A program made the translations under genes and the position numbers. Source: Chiloscyllium plagiosum (taxonomy: Eukaryota). Taken from it: a stretch of DNA of 20,000 nt. Below the pieces are notes generated by a model. It was not told the origin of the DNA and searched no databases. It saw nothing but the letters and a program-made list of their open reading frames with translations. Below are positions 1 through 9,620 of the stretch, one piece after another. Position 1 is the stretch's first letter. Each line of letters starts with the position of its first letter. The stretch covers positions 15,800,344 through 15,820,343 of the forward strand of contig NC_057750.1 of NCBI RefSeq assembly GCF_004010195.1. Direction: 5' to 3'.

Positions 1-615
1 TACCTGAACCCCTAGGGTTCCTCTGTTCTACAATACCACCCACCAGCATTCAGGGATCTCCATCTACGAAAAATGAAAGCATGTTGGAATCACTGCTGTG
101 GAAGTTGACATCATCAGAACAACTGCAACAGAGAAATGGAATGGAGTCTTTCCAGGAAGGTAGAGTTAGGATAGCTGTGGGTGTCAGTGGACTTATAGTA
201 CGCATCGATTCATGGCCTCTCACCAGAGATATATGGATATGGAGGAAGGGAAGGGAAATGTTGGACATGAACTATATAAAGTTAAGGGAAATATGGAAAT
301 CGGGACTAAAATGAATGAGATTTTTCTGTTTGGGACAAGAGCAGGAAGTGACACCAATATAGTCTTTAGTGTTCCCAGAAAAAAAGGGAAAGAATGGGTC
401 AGACTAAAGAAAGGCTATTCAAGATATTCCACAAAAAGGCAACCAGAACTGGGGCTCACTGGACACCCATAGCAGCAGGATTTATATGGAGGAAGTGAGT
501 AGAGTTAAAGGAGACATTGACCAATGTGAAAACTTGTTCAGCCAGAATTGTGAGGGTTGGGAACCACTTTGGCCTCGGTTCATGGAAGGTCAGGCAGCAT
601 CCAAGGAGCAGGAGA

Positions 616-649
616 ATCGACGTTTCAGACATAAGCCCTTCTTCAGGAA
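616..649 (-). ncRNA. Minimal type I hammerhead ribozyme motif (PLE-associated)
   Basis: Minus strand reads ttc-CTGAAGA-a-gggc-ttat-gtct-GAAA-CGTC-gat: both core boxes, a 4-bp stem II (with G-U pairs), palindromic ACGT stem III and a GUC cleavage triplet. Confidence 0.8.
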
Positions 650-676
650 TGAGGAAAGTGTGTCACACTTTCCTCA

Positions 677-710
677 TTCCTGAAGAAGGGCTTATGCCTG
701 AAACATCGAT
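677..710 (+). ncRNA. Minimal hammerhead ribozyme motif
   Basis: ttc-CTGAAGA(680-686)-a-gggc-ttat-gcct-GAAA(700-703)-CATC-gat. Confidence 0.75.
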
Positions 711-1004
711 TCTCCTGCTCCTTGGATGCTGCCTGACCTGCTGCGCTTTTCCAGCAACACAGTTTCAGCTCTGATCTCCAGCATCTGCAGTCCTCACTTT
801 CTCCTCGGTTCATGGAAGTATTGGATGGAGACTAGAGAGATTGAATGTCCATGGTGAAGAGGGCACAGGTAGCACCATGAAAGTGGAAGTTCATGGAGTG
901 ATGTGGAGCATTAAAGGAGACATGGATATGATTGAGAAGAGATTCAGAAAATGGAGGAACAGTGTTGAAAAAAAATCTGCTCAGTCGGGCAGGAACAGTC
1001 TGAG

Positions 1005-1295
1005 ATTTCCCATCCTCTAGGGGGTACTGTGGTCAAACCACACATCCTACAGAGTTGATAAAAAGTGGCACTGAAAAGGCACAGCAGGTCAAGCAGCATC
1101 GGCGGAGCAGGATAGTCGATGTTTTGGGTCAAGATCCTTCATCAGGACACATCCTGTAGGATGGCCTGTGGATAACTCTCTTGCATCGTAGGGGCTGCAA
1201 TAAGTAACCCTCCCATCTTGATATGGCTGCTATAAGTTACCCCCCATGATGTAGGGGGTGCTGAGACTGGCCATCCCATCTTGTAGGAGGCAGTA
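1005..1295. repeat. Degenerate ~30-35 bp minisatellite, interrupted by the insertion at 1053-1146
   Basis: Recurring cccatc-n-tgtagggg(g)-ctg-like units near 1008, 1150, 1185, 1213, 1243 and 1276. Confidence 0.5.
1053..1146 (-). mobile_element. Short PLE pLTR fragment with a degenerate hammerhead and TSD
   Basis: ACACATCCT at 1040-1048 and 1147-1155. Minus strand reads gtc-CTGATGA-a-ggat-cttg-accc-aAAA-CATC-gac, then the same ctgctcc..gatgctgc..gacctgctgtgc tail as the other pLTRs. Confidence 0.8.
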
Positions 1296-1644
1296 ATCTT
1301 GCTGAAAATATGAAGGAAAAGGAAATATAAAGTGACCTACTTCAGGGCAGGTGCTGTGCTAAATTCCCCATTTCCTCCTCAATTTGGATTAATTCTAAAA
1401 TATCACACTTACAAATTCATCAGCAGCAGGTTTCAAGACAACCAGTGAAGGTTCAGCCCACTCTTATTGTTCCTGGACAGAACCGCAGTCAGATCCACAA
1501 AGGAGATCCATTTACACCCATTGACCAGGAGATGTCAGCAAATGCAATCCCTCCAAGTTGTGAAGTTATTGGTTTTACAGAATTATCAGATACTGTATGG
1601 CTGCGAGACCATTCAGTCAGCTTGAACTAGTTTCATTATTCTTT

Positions 1645-1830
1645 GGATCATAGAATTATTACAGCCCAGGAAAAGGCCATTCAGCCCATTGTATCTGTAC
1701 CAAATCTCTGGAAGAGTAACTCCCCCAGTCCCATATCTATGCCCTTTCTCTATAGCACTACAAATTATGAACATTTTCAGAGTGTTAACCAATTCCCTGA
1801 ATCCTCCCGTTTAATCAGCCACCACCATAT
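1645..1830 (-). mobile_element. Old CR1-like LINE 3' end fragment
   Basis: catagaa...acagcccaggaaaaggccattcagccc is the reverse complement of the CR1/HE1-type tail gggctgaatggcct...ctgt...tctatg seen at 6600-6637 and 7820-7862. Confidence 0.5.
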
Positions 1831-1964
1831 CCCAAGGCAGGCAGTAAATGTGGGAGAGATTCCTGTTCAGCCATGGGATGGAGAGGCCTCTCCCATCACT
1901 ATGCATAGCATAAGGTTGCAATATGAATGGAAAAGGGTAGGTTGCTACAGCAACTTGGATTCCC

Positions 1965-2070
1965 TAAATGAATAGTTACACATCACCAATGCATTGCAAT
2001 AGCGACCACAATTGAAAAGTATTTCATTGGCTGCTTTGGGATTTCCTGAGGTTCTGGATAAATGCAAGTA
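1965..2070 (+). mobile_element. 3' fragment of an old SINE (same family as 7355-8010)
   Basis: aaaagtatttcattggctg...taaatgcaagt matches aaaagtatgtcattggctg...caaatgca at 7938-8008. Confidence 0.5.
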
Positions 2071-2550
2071 CTTCCGAGAATATAGTCAATTCACAATATT
2101 GCTCTCTTCTTATTTGATTACAACCCACTGTTTCACTTTGTGGTGGGACTTTCCTGACATTTGGTCACATGCTGCTACTACCCGGTTGATTCTGGAGGTT
2201 GGTGCTCCTCATACCTACATTTATGGAGTCACTAACTGTCCTCACTCTGTCTGGGAATCACTAAGGGAAACGTACTGATGGATAAGGAGAAAGGTTAAAG
2301 TTGTGAAGCATGTCTGGGCCAGGTGTTGGGCTACAGTAGTAACAGCACAGATTACTGGAAGATAGTAATGGAGAGGTAACAGTGATCCAGGCGACCAGAT
2401 CAGTGCTTTTAGGATGACCCCTCAAACTCTAATAGCTGGTGGAATTTAAGATCAATAAATAAATCAGGAATTGAAAGCTAGTTTCAGTAAAGGTGACTGT
2501 GAAACAATGATCAATTGTTGTAAAAATCCATCTGATTGTTTCACTGATCA

Positions 2551-3062
2551 GAGAATCCCTACAGTGTGGAAGCAGACCATTTGGCCCATTGAGTCCACAC
2601 TTGGACTGTGGAAATGGGAGCAAATTTACACAGACATAGGGAGAATGTGCAAACTCCACACAAACCCCAAATTCCCTACAGTATGGAAACAGGTCCTTCA
2701 GCCCAACAAGTCCACACCAACTCTCCAAAGAACAACCCACCCAGACCCATTCCCCCACCCCATATTTACCCCTGCCTAATGCATCTAACACTATGGGCAA
2801 TTTAGCATGGCCAATTCATCTAACCTGCACATCTTTGGATTGTGGGAGGAAACCGGAGCACCCGGAGGGGACCCACATAGACACGGGGAGAATGTGCAAA
2901 CCACGCAGACAGTTGCCTGAGGTAGGACTTGAACCCAGGTCCCTGGCGCTCTGAGGCAGCAGTGCTAACCACTGAATCACTGTGCCGCCCCAACTAAGGC
3001 TGGAATTGAACCCAAATCTCTGGCACTGTGAGGTAGCAGTGCTAATCACTGAGCCACCCATG
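2551..3062 (-). mobile_element. Older HE1-type tRNA-derived V-SINE, internally deleted and split by a younger SINE
   Basis: tRNA-like head (ggtggctcagtgattagcactgc...gggttcaattcc) at 2994-3062, continuation tgtgtggagtttgcacattctcc at 2640-2662 and tail ...cacactgtagggattc at 2553-2600. Confidence 0.75.
2671..2990 (-). mobile_element. Full-length HE1-type tRNA-derived SINE (V-SINE)
   Basis: Head ggcggcacagtgattcagtggttagcactgc (A-box-like) and gggttcaagtcc (B-box-like), V-domain gtttgcacattctccccgtgtc...ggtttcctcccacaatccaaagatgtgcaggtta, LINE-like tail. CCCCAA at 2665-2670 and 2988-2993 is a probable TSD. Confidence 0.9.
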
Positions 3063-3292
3063 ATGTCTTTTGACTGGAAATTGTCCCTACACATCATTCC
3101 AGACCCACAGCAATGCAGTTGTGTCTTAATTTGGTCTGAAGTGGCCTCATAATCTGCTCAATTCAAAGGCGGTTAGAGTTGTACTTGCCAGTGGTGTTCA
3201 CATCTCATGACAGAGTGCATTTTAAAATTAGTTAGAAAAATTTACTATTAGTAGTCTAGATGAATTAAATGAAATGAGTTGAAGTATCTTAT

Positions 3293-4286
3293 TGTTATAA
3301 AGCAGAGGTTGACCCTCACTCTGAGAACTAAAACCGAAACACCCAAAAAGGAGTGCTTCGCCCGATAATCTGCAAAAGGACTGGGAAAGTGGTATAACCT
3401 GCTTTTCAGCAACTTCTAGTGGTTAATTAAAATAAATCCATGACACTCACTTTAAAATCAACAAGTAACAATTTATTTGTCTAACTCTAACATTGAACAA
3501 ATTAACAAAATTATTAACAAACCAAATAAATTCATTCCAACTACAAACTACTCCTGAATAAAGCAAGATTCTAATTGGTAGCTGTTCCAATAAATGGAAG
3601 TCGCACTCAGATAAGAAAATAGAATTTAGTCTCTCAAAATTTCAGCCAGGTTATGAGTCTTCCAGAATGTTCTGTGCCTTCTCCATGAGGTCTTCTGTCA
3701 GGAATACTTCTCCCTTGATTCTTCTGTCAGGAATGCCTTCTCCATTGTTGATACCGTTGTTATTTAGATGGTGTTTTCTCTAAGACATAGAGGAGGCTGT
3801 GAGAGCCAGCATTCTCTCACGAGCTGAGAGCTGTTAGTTCCGGCAGATGGCAGCTTGCTCTACAGGCTTAGTCCACCTACCCCCTTCTTTTATACCCTTG
3901 AAGACATGTCAATATTTCTCACAATAGGATTGGTCCTATGTTGTCAAAACCAACAGATTAAAATTTAATAGATTTTTTGGTATCTAAGTACCTGGTTCAA
4001 ATTGATCGGCTTAATTTAAAAGTCTGTTATCTTGGTAAAAACTGCTGCTTAGCCTGCTAACTCTATGGCCTTTTGATACAAATGGTTCAGTTCAGGCGCT
4101 CTGTGTACTTGCAGACTTTTATGCTGCTGCTCACAGACAACCATTTGAAATTTGTAAGCACAGAAAAACTACATGATCCTTTAAAGAGACCATGCAATGC
4201 TTTCCCCCACCTCCCAGCACTTTACAAACTCCAATTTCTAACTTTCTGCCTCCCAGTCTACAAGTACTCTACCCAACTTCACAACA
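3293..4286 (-). mobile_element. Probable solo LTR (~994 bp)
   Basis: Ends TGTTATAAAG...CTTCACAACA (TG..CA, 8/10 inverted match); flanks tcttat/tctaat. On the minus strand, CCAAT (~3930), TATAAAA (3888-3894) and AATAAA (3472-3477) occur in U3-R order. Confidence 0.6.
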
Positions 4287-4296
4287 TCTAATCTTG

Positions 4297-5485
4297 CTTG
4301 TGGGTATGTTCATCGAGCTGGGAAGTTGATTCGCAGACATTTCATCCCCTGTCTCAGTGACATCTTCAGTGCTTGGAGCCTCCTGTGAAGCACTGTTCGA
4401 CTGTGTCTTCTGGCTCTGTTCGTGCTGCTTTTGGTTGCTGGTTCAGGTTGTCTGTTGTAGTAGCAGTATATTGGGTCCAGGTCTATGTGTTTGTTGATTG
4501 AGTCCGTGGATGAGTGCCATGTGTCTAGAAATTCTCTGGCTATCCTATGTTTAGCTTGTCCTATGATCACTGTGTTGTCCCAATCGAATTTGTGGTCCTT
4601 GTCATCTGTGTGTGTGTGTGGCTACTAGGACAGCTGGCCGTGGTGTTTAGTGGCTAGTTGGTGTTCATGGGTGCAGATTGCTCGTTGTCTGCCTGTTTGT
4701 CCTATATAGTGTTTCGTGCAGTCTCTGTATGGAATCTTGTAATTGTGTTTGTCTTGCACATGATGGGTACAGGGTCCTTTGTCGTGATGAGCTGTTGTCT
4801 GAGCTTGGGCTGTCGGTTTATGGGCTGTCATGAATCTGATGGTTGGAGAAGGCTGGCTGTAAGTTCCAAGACGATTTTTATGTAAGGTAGCGTGGCTAGT
4901 GTGTTGGGTCATGGTATGTCCTCGTCAAGTTGTTTGTCTGTTAGGTATCTGCGGATGAAGTTGCGGGGATATCAGTTCTTGGCAAATACTCTGTAGAGGT
5001 GTTCTTCTTCTTCCCTTCATAGGTCAGAAGTGCTGGAGTGTGTTGTAGCCCTTTTGAACAGGGTCCTAATGCAGCTTCTCTTCTGTATGTTTGGGTGGTT
5101 GCTGTTGTAGTTCAGGATCCAGTCCATGTGTGTAGCTTTCCTGTACACTTTTGTGATGCATTCACCATTCTGTGTTCTTTGTACCATCACATCCAGGAAT
5201 GGACATTGAATGTTGGTTTCCTCCTCTCTCGTAAATCTGAACCCTGTGAGTATGGTGTTGATATCTGTTGTGTATTCTCAATTTCTGTTCCATCAATGAC
5301 AACAAATGATCAGAGTTTGGGTTGGATTTGTGGTGGGGGGGCTGTTTGTTCCAGTCTTTGCGTCACTGTTTCTGCTATGAGCCCAGAGGTGGGTAAGCCC
5401 ATAGGTGTTCCATCGACCGGTTCATATATTTGGTTGTTGAATGTAAAGTGTGTCATCAAGCTTAGGCCTAGTAGTTCATCCACAG
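4297..5485 (-). mobile_element. 5'-truncated Penelope-like element: RT C-terminus, GIY-YIG endonuclease and pLTR
   Basis: Minus-strand GTPMGLPTSGLIA (RT motif B, ~5375-5412) and YKIPYRDCTKHYIGQTGRQRAICTHEH (GIY-YIG, ORF 4625..4912); hammerhead near the 3' end. Confidence 0.9.
4333..4372 (-). ncRNA. Hammerhead ribozyme motif (second PLE family)
   Basis: Minus strand gca-CTGAAGA-t-gtc-actgagacaggg-gat-GAAA-TGTC-tgc, with stem I gca/tgc. Confidence 0.7.
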
Positions 5486-6130
5486 CTTCATCAGCAGATG
5501 CCTAACAGACAACCAACACAACAAGGACATGCCATGACCTAACACGCTAACCACTCTATACAAAAGACATCTCGGAACTGACAGCCAGCCTTTTCCAACC
5601 ACTTGAATTCATGACAGCCCATAAACTGACAGCCACACTCAGACAACAACTCACCAGAACAAAAAACCTGATACTCATCATGAGCAAGATAAACATAATT
5701 TACAAGATTCCATGCAAAGACTGCAGGAAACACTATATAGGACAAACAGGCAGAAAACTAGCAATCTGCATCCACGAACACCATCTAAATACCATGACCA
5801 GCTGTCTCTAGTAGCCACACACACAGATGACAAGGACCACAAATTCGACTAGGACAATACAACGATCCTAGGACAAGCTAAACATAGGACAGCCAGAGAA
5901 TTTCTAGAAGCGTGGCACTCAACTACGGACTTAATCAGCAAACACATAGACCTGGACCTAATATACTGGCCACTACAACGAATAAATGGAACCAGCAACT
6001 AGAAGCAGCAGGAATGGAACCAGCACAGCAGCACTTCACAGGAGGCTCCAAAGTGCTGAAGATGTCACTTAGGCAAGGGACGAAATGTCTGCAAATCAAC
6101 TTCCCAGCTCTGCAAACAGATCCACAACGT
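5486..6130 (+). mobile_element. Inverted second arm of the same PLE family: GIY-YIG and pLTR
   Basis: IIYKIPCKDCRKHYIGQTGRKLAICIHEH (ORF 5611..5811); reverse-complement homology to 4297-4960. Confidence 0.9.
6053..6092 (+). ncRNA. Hammerhead ribozyme motif (second PLE family)
   Basis: gtg-CTGAAGA(6056-6062)-t-gtc-acttaggcaagg-gac-GAAA(6082-6085)-TGTC-tgc. Confidence 0.7.
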
Positions 6131-6221
6131 GCAAACCTTGAACTTATCTAATCAAATCTGCCATGCAAAATTATGCCTAACTACCTTTGGGGAAGGCTTA
6201 GATTTTGCTAATGAAATACTT

Positions 6222-6638
6222 TGCTGGGGCTGTTTTCCCTGGTGCGTCGGAGGCTGAGGGGTGACCTTATAGAGGTTTATAAAATCATGAGGGGCATGGA
6301 TAGGATAAATAGACAAAGTCTTTACCCTGGGCTGGGGGAGTCCAGAACTAGAGGCCATAGGTTTAGGGTGAGAGGGGAAAGATATAAAAGAGACCAAAGA
6401 GGCAACCTTTTCACGCAGAAGGTGATACGTGTATGGAATGAGCTGCCAGAAGAAGTGGTGAAGGCTAGTACAATTGCAACATTTAAAAGTCATCTGGATG
6501 AGTATATGAATAGGAAAGGTTTGGAGGGATATGGGCTAGGTGCTGGCAGGTGGGACTAGATTGAGTTGGGATATCTGGTTGGCATGGACATGTTGGATCG
6601 AAGAGTCTGTTTCTGTGCTGTACACCTCTATGACTCTA
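6222..6638 (+). mobile_element. CR1/HER1-like LINE 3' fragment (ORF2 C-terminus plus tail)
   Basis: LGLFSLVRRRLRGDLIEVYKIMRG...RTRGH...FTQKVIRVWNELP is the typical CR1 ORF2 end; terminal ctctatgactcta repeat. Confidence 0.92.
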
Positions 6639-6964
6639 AGACTTAAGCAACTCAGGCTCAGCACAAAATGGTTAACCTCTGTCTGATCTTTACAATGAAT
6701 AGCAATCAGGACACCAGAGAACACAGAACTGGAGGGCAAAGCAATTCTCTTGGCATTTTCTACTTAGGTTTGTCTCTTAACATTTGATCATTTCCTGCTT
6801 TTCTGACCAATTTTCATATTTAAAACATGAACAAATAATTCTTTCTGCTGTCTTAGCAATTCTCTGTTTTTTTGCAAAATCACTAGGGAGTATCCCAGCA
6901 AAGCCTGGTGTGAGTTAGCCTTCCAAAGATTGAAAAGCTGTTTGATTCACATTATGCTTGAGCA

Positions 6965-7215
6965 GATTATGAGGCCATTTCAGAGGGCAGTTAAGACTCA
7001 GTTGCATTGCTGTAGGTCTGGATTCATGTGTAGGGCAAATTCCCAGTCAAAGGACATTAGTGAATCAATCAGATGGATTTTTATGACAATTGATCATCTT
7101 TAATGACACTAGCTTTCAATTCCAGGTTTATTGATTGAAGTCAAAATCCACCAGCTATTAAGATTTGAGGTCGTGTTCTAACTGACTTGGTCATCTGTCT
7201 AGTGATATTACATTT
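6965..7215 (-). repeat. Old interspersed repeat (copy of the family at 2430-3215)
   Basis: Reverse-complement similarity to 2430-2550 and 3065-3130. Confidence 0.55.
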
Positions 7216-7354
7216 CCCCTATGTCTCCCGATAATCTGTGTTGTTTCTACTATAGCCAAATACCTAGCCCAGACTTCCTTCACAACTTTAATCTTTCTCT
7301 TTATCATCAGTCACAAAACAGCACGATATCAATATAAATCTTTCTTCATTGCTT

Positions 7355-8010
7355 CGAGGTTCAGTTGTTTATAGCACTCTGAACTCTGAATCATAAGGTT
7401 TCGGCTTCAAGTGGGACTCCAGGGCTTTTGAGTACCGAGATCCAGGCTGACATTCCAGTGTGGTACTGAGGGAGCGCTGTAATGTCAGAGCTGGAATATT
7501 ATATCGAAGTTCCAAATGGTTGTAAAAGATGCTGTGCCACTATTTTGAAGAAAGTAGTGTAGTCCTGGCCAATTTTTATTCCTCCATCAACATCACAAAA
7601 ACAGTTTATATAAAAGGGACCTGAGGGGCAATGTTTTCACGCATTGGGTAGTGAATATATGGAATGAGCTACCAGAGGAAGTAGTGGACGCAAATTTACA
7701 GCATTTAAAAGGCATCTGGATGGGTATATGAATAGGAAGGGTTTAGAGGGATATGGGCCAAGTGCTGGAAAAAGGGACTAGATTAGGTTAGAATATCTGG
7801 TCTGCATGGACAAGTTGGACCGAAGGGTCTGTTTCCATGCTGTATATTTCTATGACTCTATGACATTGCTGATTGTGGGAGCTTTCTGTGCACAATTTGC
7901 TGAGGTACCAACATTGTGACAATGACGACACTTACAAAAAAGTATGTCATTGGCTGTAAAGTACTTTGTGAAATCCAGTAGACATGAAAGGTGTTGTACA
8001 AATGCATACC
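7355..8010 (+). mobile_element. Ancient SINE, Deu-domain-like (SacSINE1/AmnSINE1-type), split by a CR1 fragment
   Basis: Decayed tRNA-like head (~7355-7420), gtcctggccaatttttattcctccatcaacatcacaaaaacag (7562-7603), then attgctgattgtgggagct...cattggctgtaaag...gaaaggtgttgtacaaatgca after the insertion. Family assignment is from recollection of the consensus, not an alignment. Confidence 0.55.
7611..7864 (+). mobile_element. CR1/HER1-like LINE 3' fragment
   Basis: Colinear with 6385-6637; ends in tctatgactctatgac. Confidence 0.88.
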
Positions 8011-8434
8011 CTTTCTTTCTCCCCCTGGACAGGCAAACAAGAATACAGGTAGAAATTAATTTTCACTTATTGTACCACACAGTGACAGACAGTAAATCTA
8101 GCAAGTTACAGAAGTTAAGCTGAACTCTTTCATCCGTTGTTTTGAATCAGGCCGATTGGATATTGTTTGTGATTACCTCAAATCTTGAAGCGTATTTTAA
8201 ATAAAGCTTTGGAATACTATCAGTTTTGAGATGAAAGCTACATTAATCATGAGGAGTTAAATATTACTAAGTAATTGAAATACATTGTAGCACTGACCAA
8301 GTTTTTATTTTGCTTCCTGTTTTCAAGGCAAACAAAGGGAGCCAGAGTCTAATTTTATTTGAAAAGGAAACATGAATTCCTCAGGAAATCCTTTGAGGTA
8401 TCCAGAACATTTCCAAAAAACATCAGATGCGCGG

Positions 8435-8590
8435 GCATATCAGAACTGAAAGGACAGGAGGAGGCCATTCAAGTGCCTTCAACTGTTCAATTAGATCATT
8501 TCCGATCTGTATCTTTGACCCTATTTCTCTGCCTTGTTTCCATATCCCTTAAAACTATATCCAGTGACGTCTGCACCTTGTGAAAGAACT
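8435..8590 (-). mobile_element. Old CR1-like 3' end fragment
   Basis: acaggaggaggccattcaag...ttagatcat...ccatatccctt resembles the reverse complement of CR1 tails. Confidence 0.45.
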
Positions 8591-8784
8591 TCTAAAAAAA
8601 TTACATCCTTGCCTGGTTGACAGCTGCAGTAGTAAACAGTAAATGTTAATAGATGTAGTGTACATGCAGAGGAATTAAAGATCAAAAAACCTGTAAAGAC
8701 TAAACTGCAAAAATGCATGCAGACTTTTGAAGCATTCTGTTGTTCAAGACAAATAGGAGCATTGCCTCACAATCTTAAATATAA

Positions 8785-8900
8785 TACAATACAGCACAGG
8801 AACAGGCCCTTCGGCCCATCAAGTCTGCACTGACTCTTAATCCTTACTTAGACCCACTACTTATTATTCTTATGCAGTTTCCATCCCTCTGTTCTTGTTG
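8785..8900 (-). mobile_element. CR1-like 3' end fragment
   Basis: atacagcacaggaacaggcccttcggcccatcaagtctgcac is the reverse complement of the CR1 tail. Confidence 0.6.
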
Positions 8901-9039
8901 AACTTGATACTGAGTCTGGAAGGACTGATTAAAAGAAAGACATTCCTTCAGCTTTGCTGAAGATTTATTGAACAGTGCCAAGGATAGGGAGATCAGGCTA
9001 GTCCTCTGCCCTGTAGCCATCTCTCTATCCCCATCCACC

Positions 9040-9620
9040 CTGCCTGACAACTATTTTCTGAACTCCTTCGAGTTTCACAACATCCTTCCTATAGCAGGGA
9101 GACCAGAATTGCATGCCAGAGTCCAAACGTGGCCTAACCAGTGTCCTGTACAGCCACAATATGACCTCTCAACTCCTACACTCAATGCGCCGCCTTCTTG
9201 AACTGTCCTACCTGTCCATCTTCCTTCCCTCCTATCCGTTCTGACCTATCACCATTACACCCCACCTTCATCTACCAATCGCATTCCTAGCTACCTTCCC
9301 CCAGCCCCAACCCTGTCCCATTTATCTCTCAACCCCCCTTGGCACGTACACTCCATTGCCCACTCCCATTCCTGATGAAGAGCTTATGCTCTCCTGCTCC
9401 TCGGATGCTGCCTGACTGGCTGTGCTTTTCCAGCACCACATTTCTTTTGGCATTGACCAATAAAGGAAAGCATACCAAACGCCTTCTTCACTATCCTGTC
9501 TACCTGTGACTCCACTTTCAAGTAACTATGAACCTGCACTCTTTGTTTAGCAACACACCCCAGGACCTTGTTACTAAGTGTATAAGTCCTGCCCTGATTT
9601 GCCTTGTTCACTTGTAAAAG
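9040..9620 (-). mobile_element. CR1 ORF2 internal fragment interrupted by a PLE pLTR
   Basis: Minus ORF 9384..9671 contains VQVHSYLKVESQVDRIVKKAFGMLSFIGQ (CR1 post-RT region); homology continues at 9040-9188 and parallels 14350-14600. Confidence 0.8.
9190..9449 (+). mobile_element. PLE pLTR with a partially deleted hammerhead
   Basis: Pyrimidine-rich segment homologous to 16095-16250, then CTGATGA(9372-9378)-a-gagc-ttat-gctc with the GAAACGTC segment missing, then ctcctgctcctcggatgctgcctgac...ttttccagcaccac. Confidence 0.85.

Larger units (their letters stand above)
589..802. mobile_element. Fold-back PLE pLTR insertion with a 16-bp TSD
   Basis: CCTCGGTTCATGGAAG at 573-588 and 803-818. Inverted arms 587-662 and 664-739 (76 bp, 2 mismatches, 1-nt spacer). 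The sequence is homologous to the pLTRs at 9360-9445, 11530-11638, 15670-15798 and 16260-16385. Confidence 0.9.
1..965 (-). mobile_element. Decayed Penelope-like element, reverse transcriptase fragment (interrupted by the insertion at 589-802)
   Basis: Minus-strand translation gives RT motif-A-like LFTMDIQSL (~830-865), an AMG remnant near 470, and the C-terminal LPFLHIHIS...SWKDSIPF...CSDDVNF (ORF 50..268), which parallels the plus-strand PLE at 17230-17420 (CKDSILFPQFLRL..CS). Multiple stops and frameshifts. Confidence 0.75.
2430..3215 (+). repeat. Old interspersed repeat hosting the nested SINEs; second copy at 6965-7215 on the opposite strand
   Basis: ggaattgaaagctagt, aaaaatccatctgatt and ccagacccacagcaatgca match the reverse complement of 6965-7215. 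Confidence 0.55.

Noticed and set aside
587..739. Pre-miRNA or DNA-transposon MITE
   Set aside because: The arms are PLE pLTR sequence found elsewhere in non-palindromic form, the inverted repeat is not terminal on the right side, and a 16-bp TSD is atypical of MITEs.
1005..1295. CRISPR-like array
   Set aside because: Eukaryotic context, degenerate tandem units without unique spacers, and no cas genes.
2915..3062. tRNA genes
   Set aside because: tRNA-like A/B boxes run directly into SINE bodies; no complete cloverleaf is evident.
5038..5505. 155-aa plus-strand ORF
   Set aside because: Antisense to the PLE RT fragment.
8329..8397. Possible plus-strand exon (ttttcaag|...gag|gtatcc)
   Set aside because: Weak donor, no recognisable peptide, and such signals arise by chance.
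8610..8690. Possible minus-strand exon after tctttacag
   Set aside because: Two of three frames are closed, the open frame resembles nothing recognisable, and the donor is weak or non-canonical.
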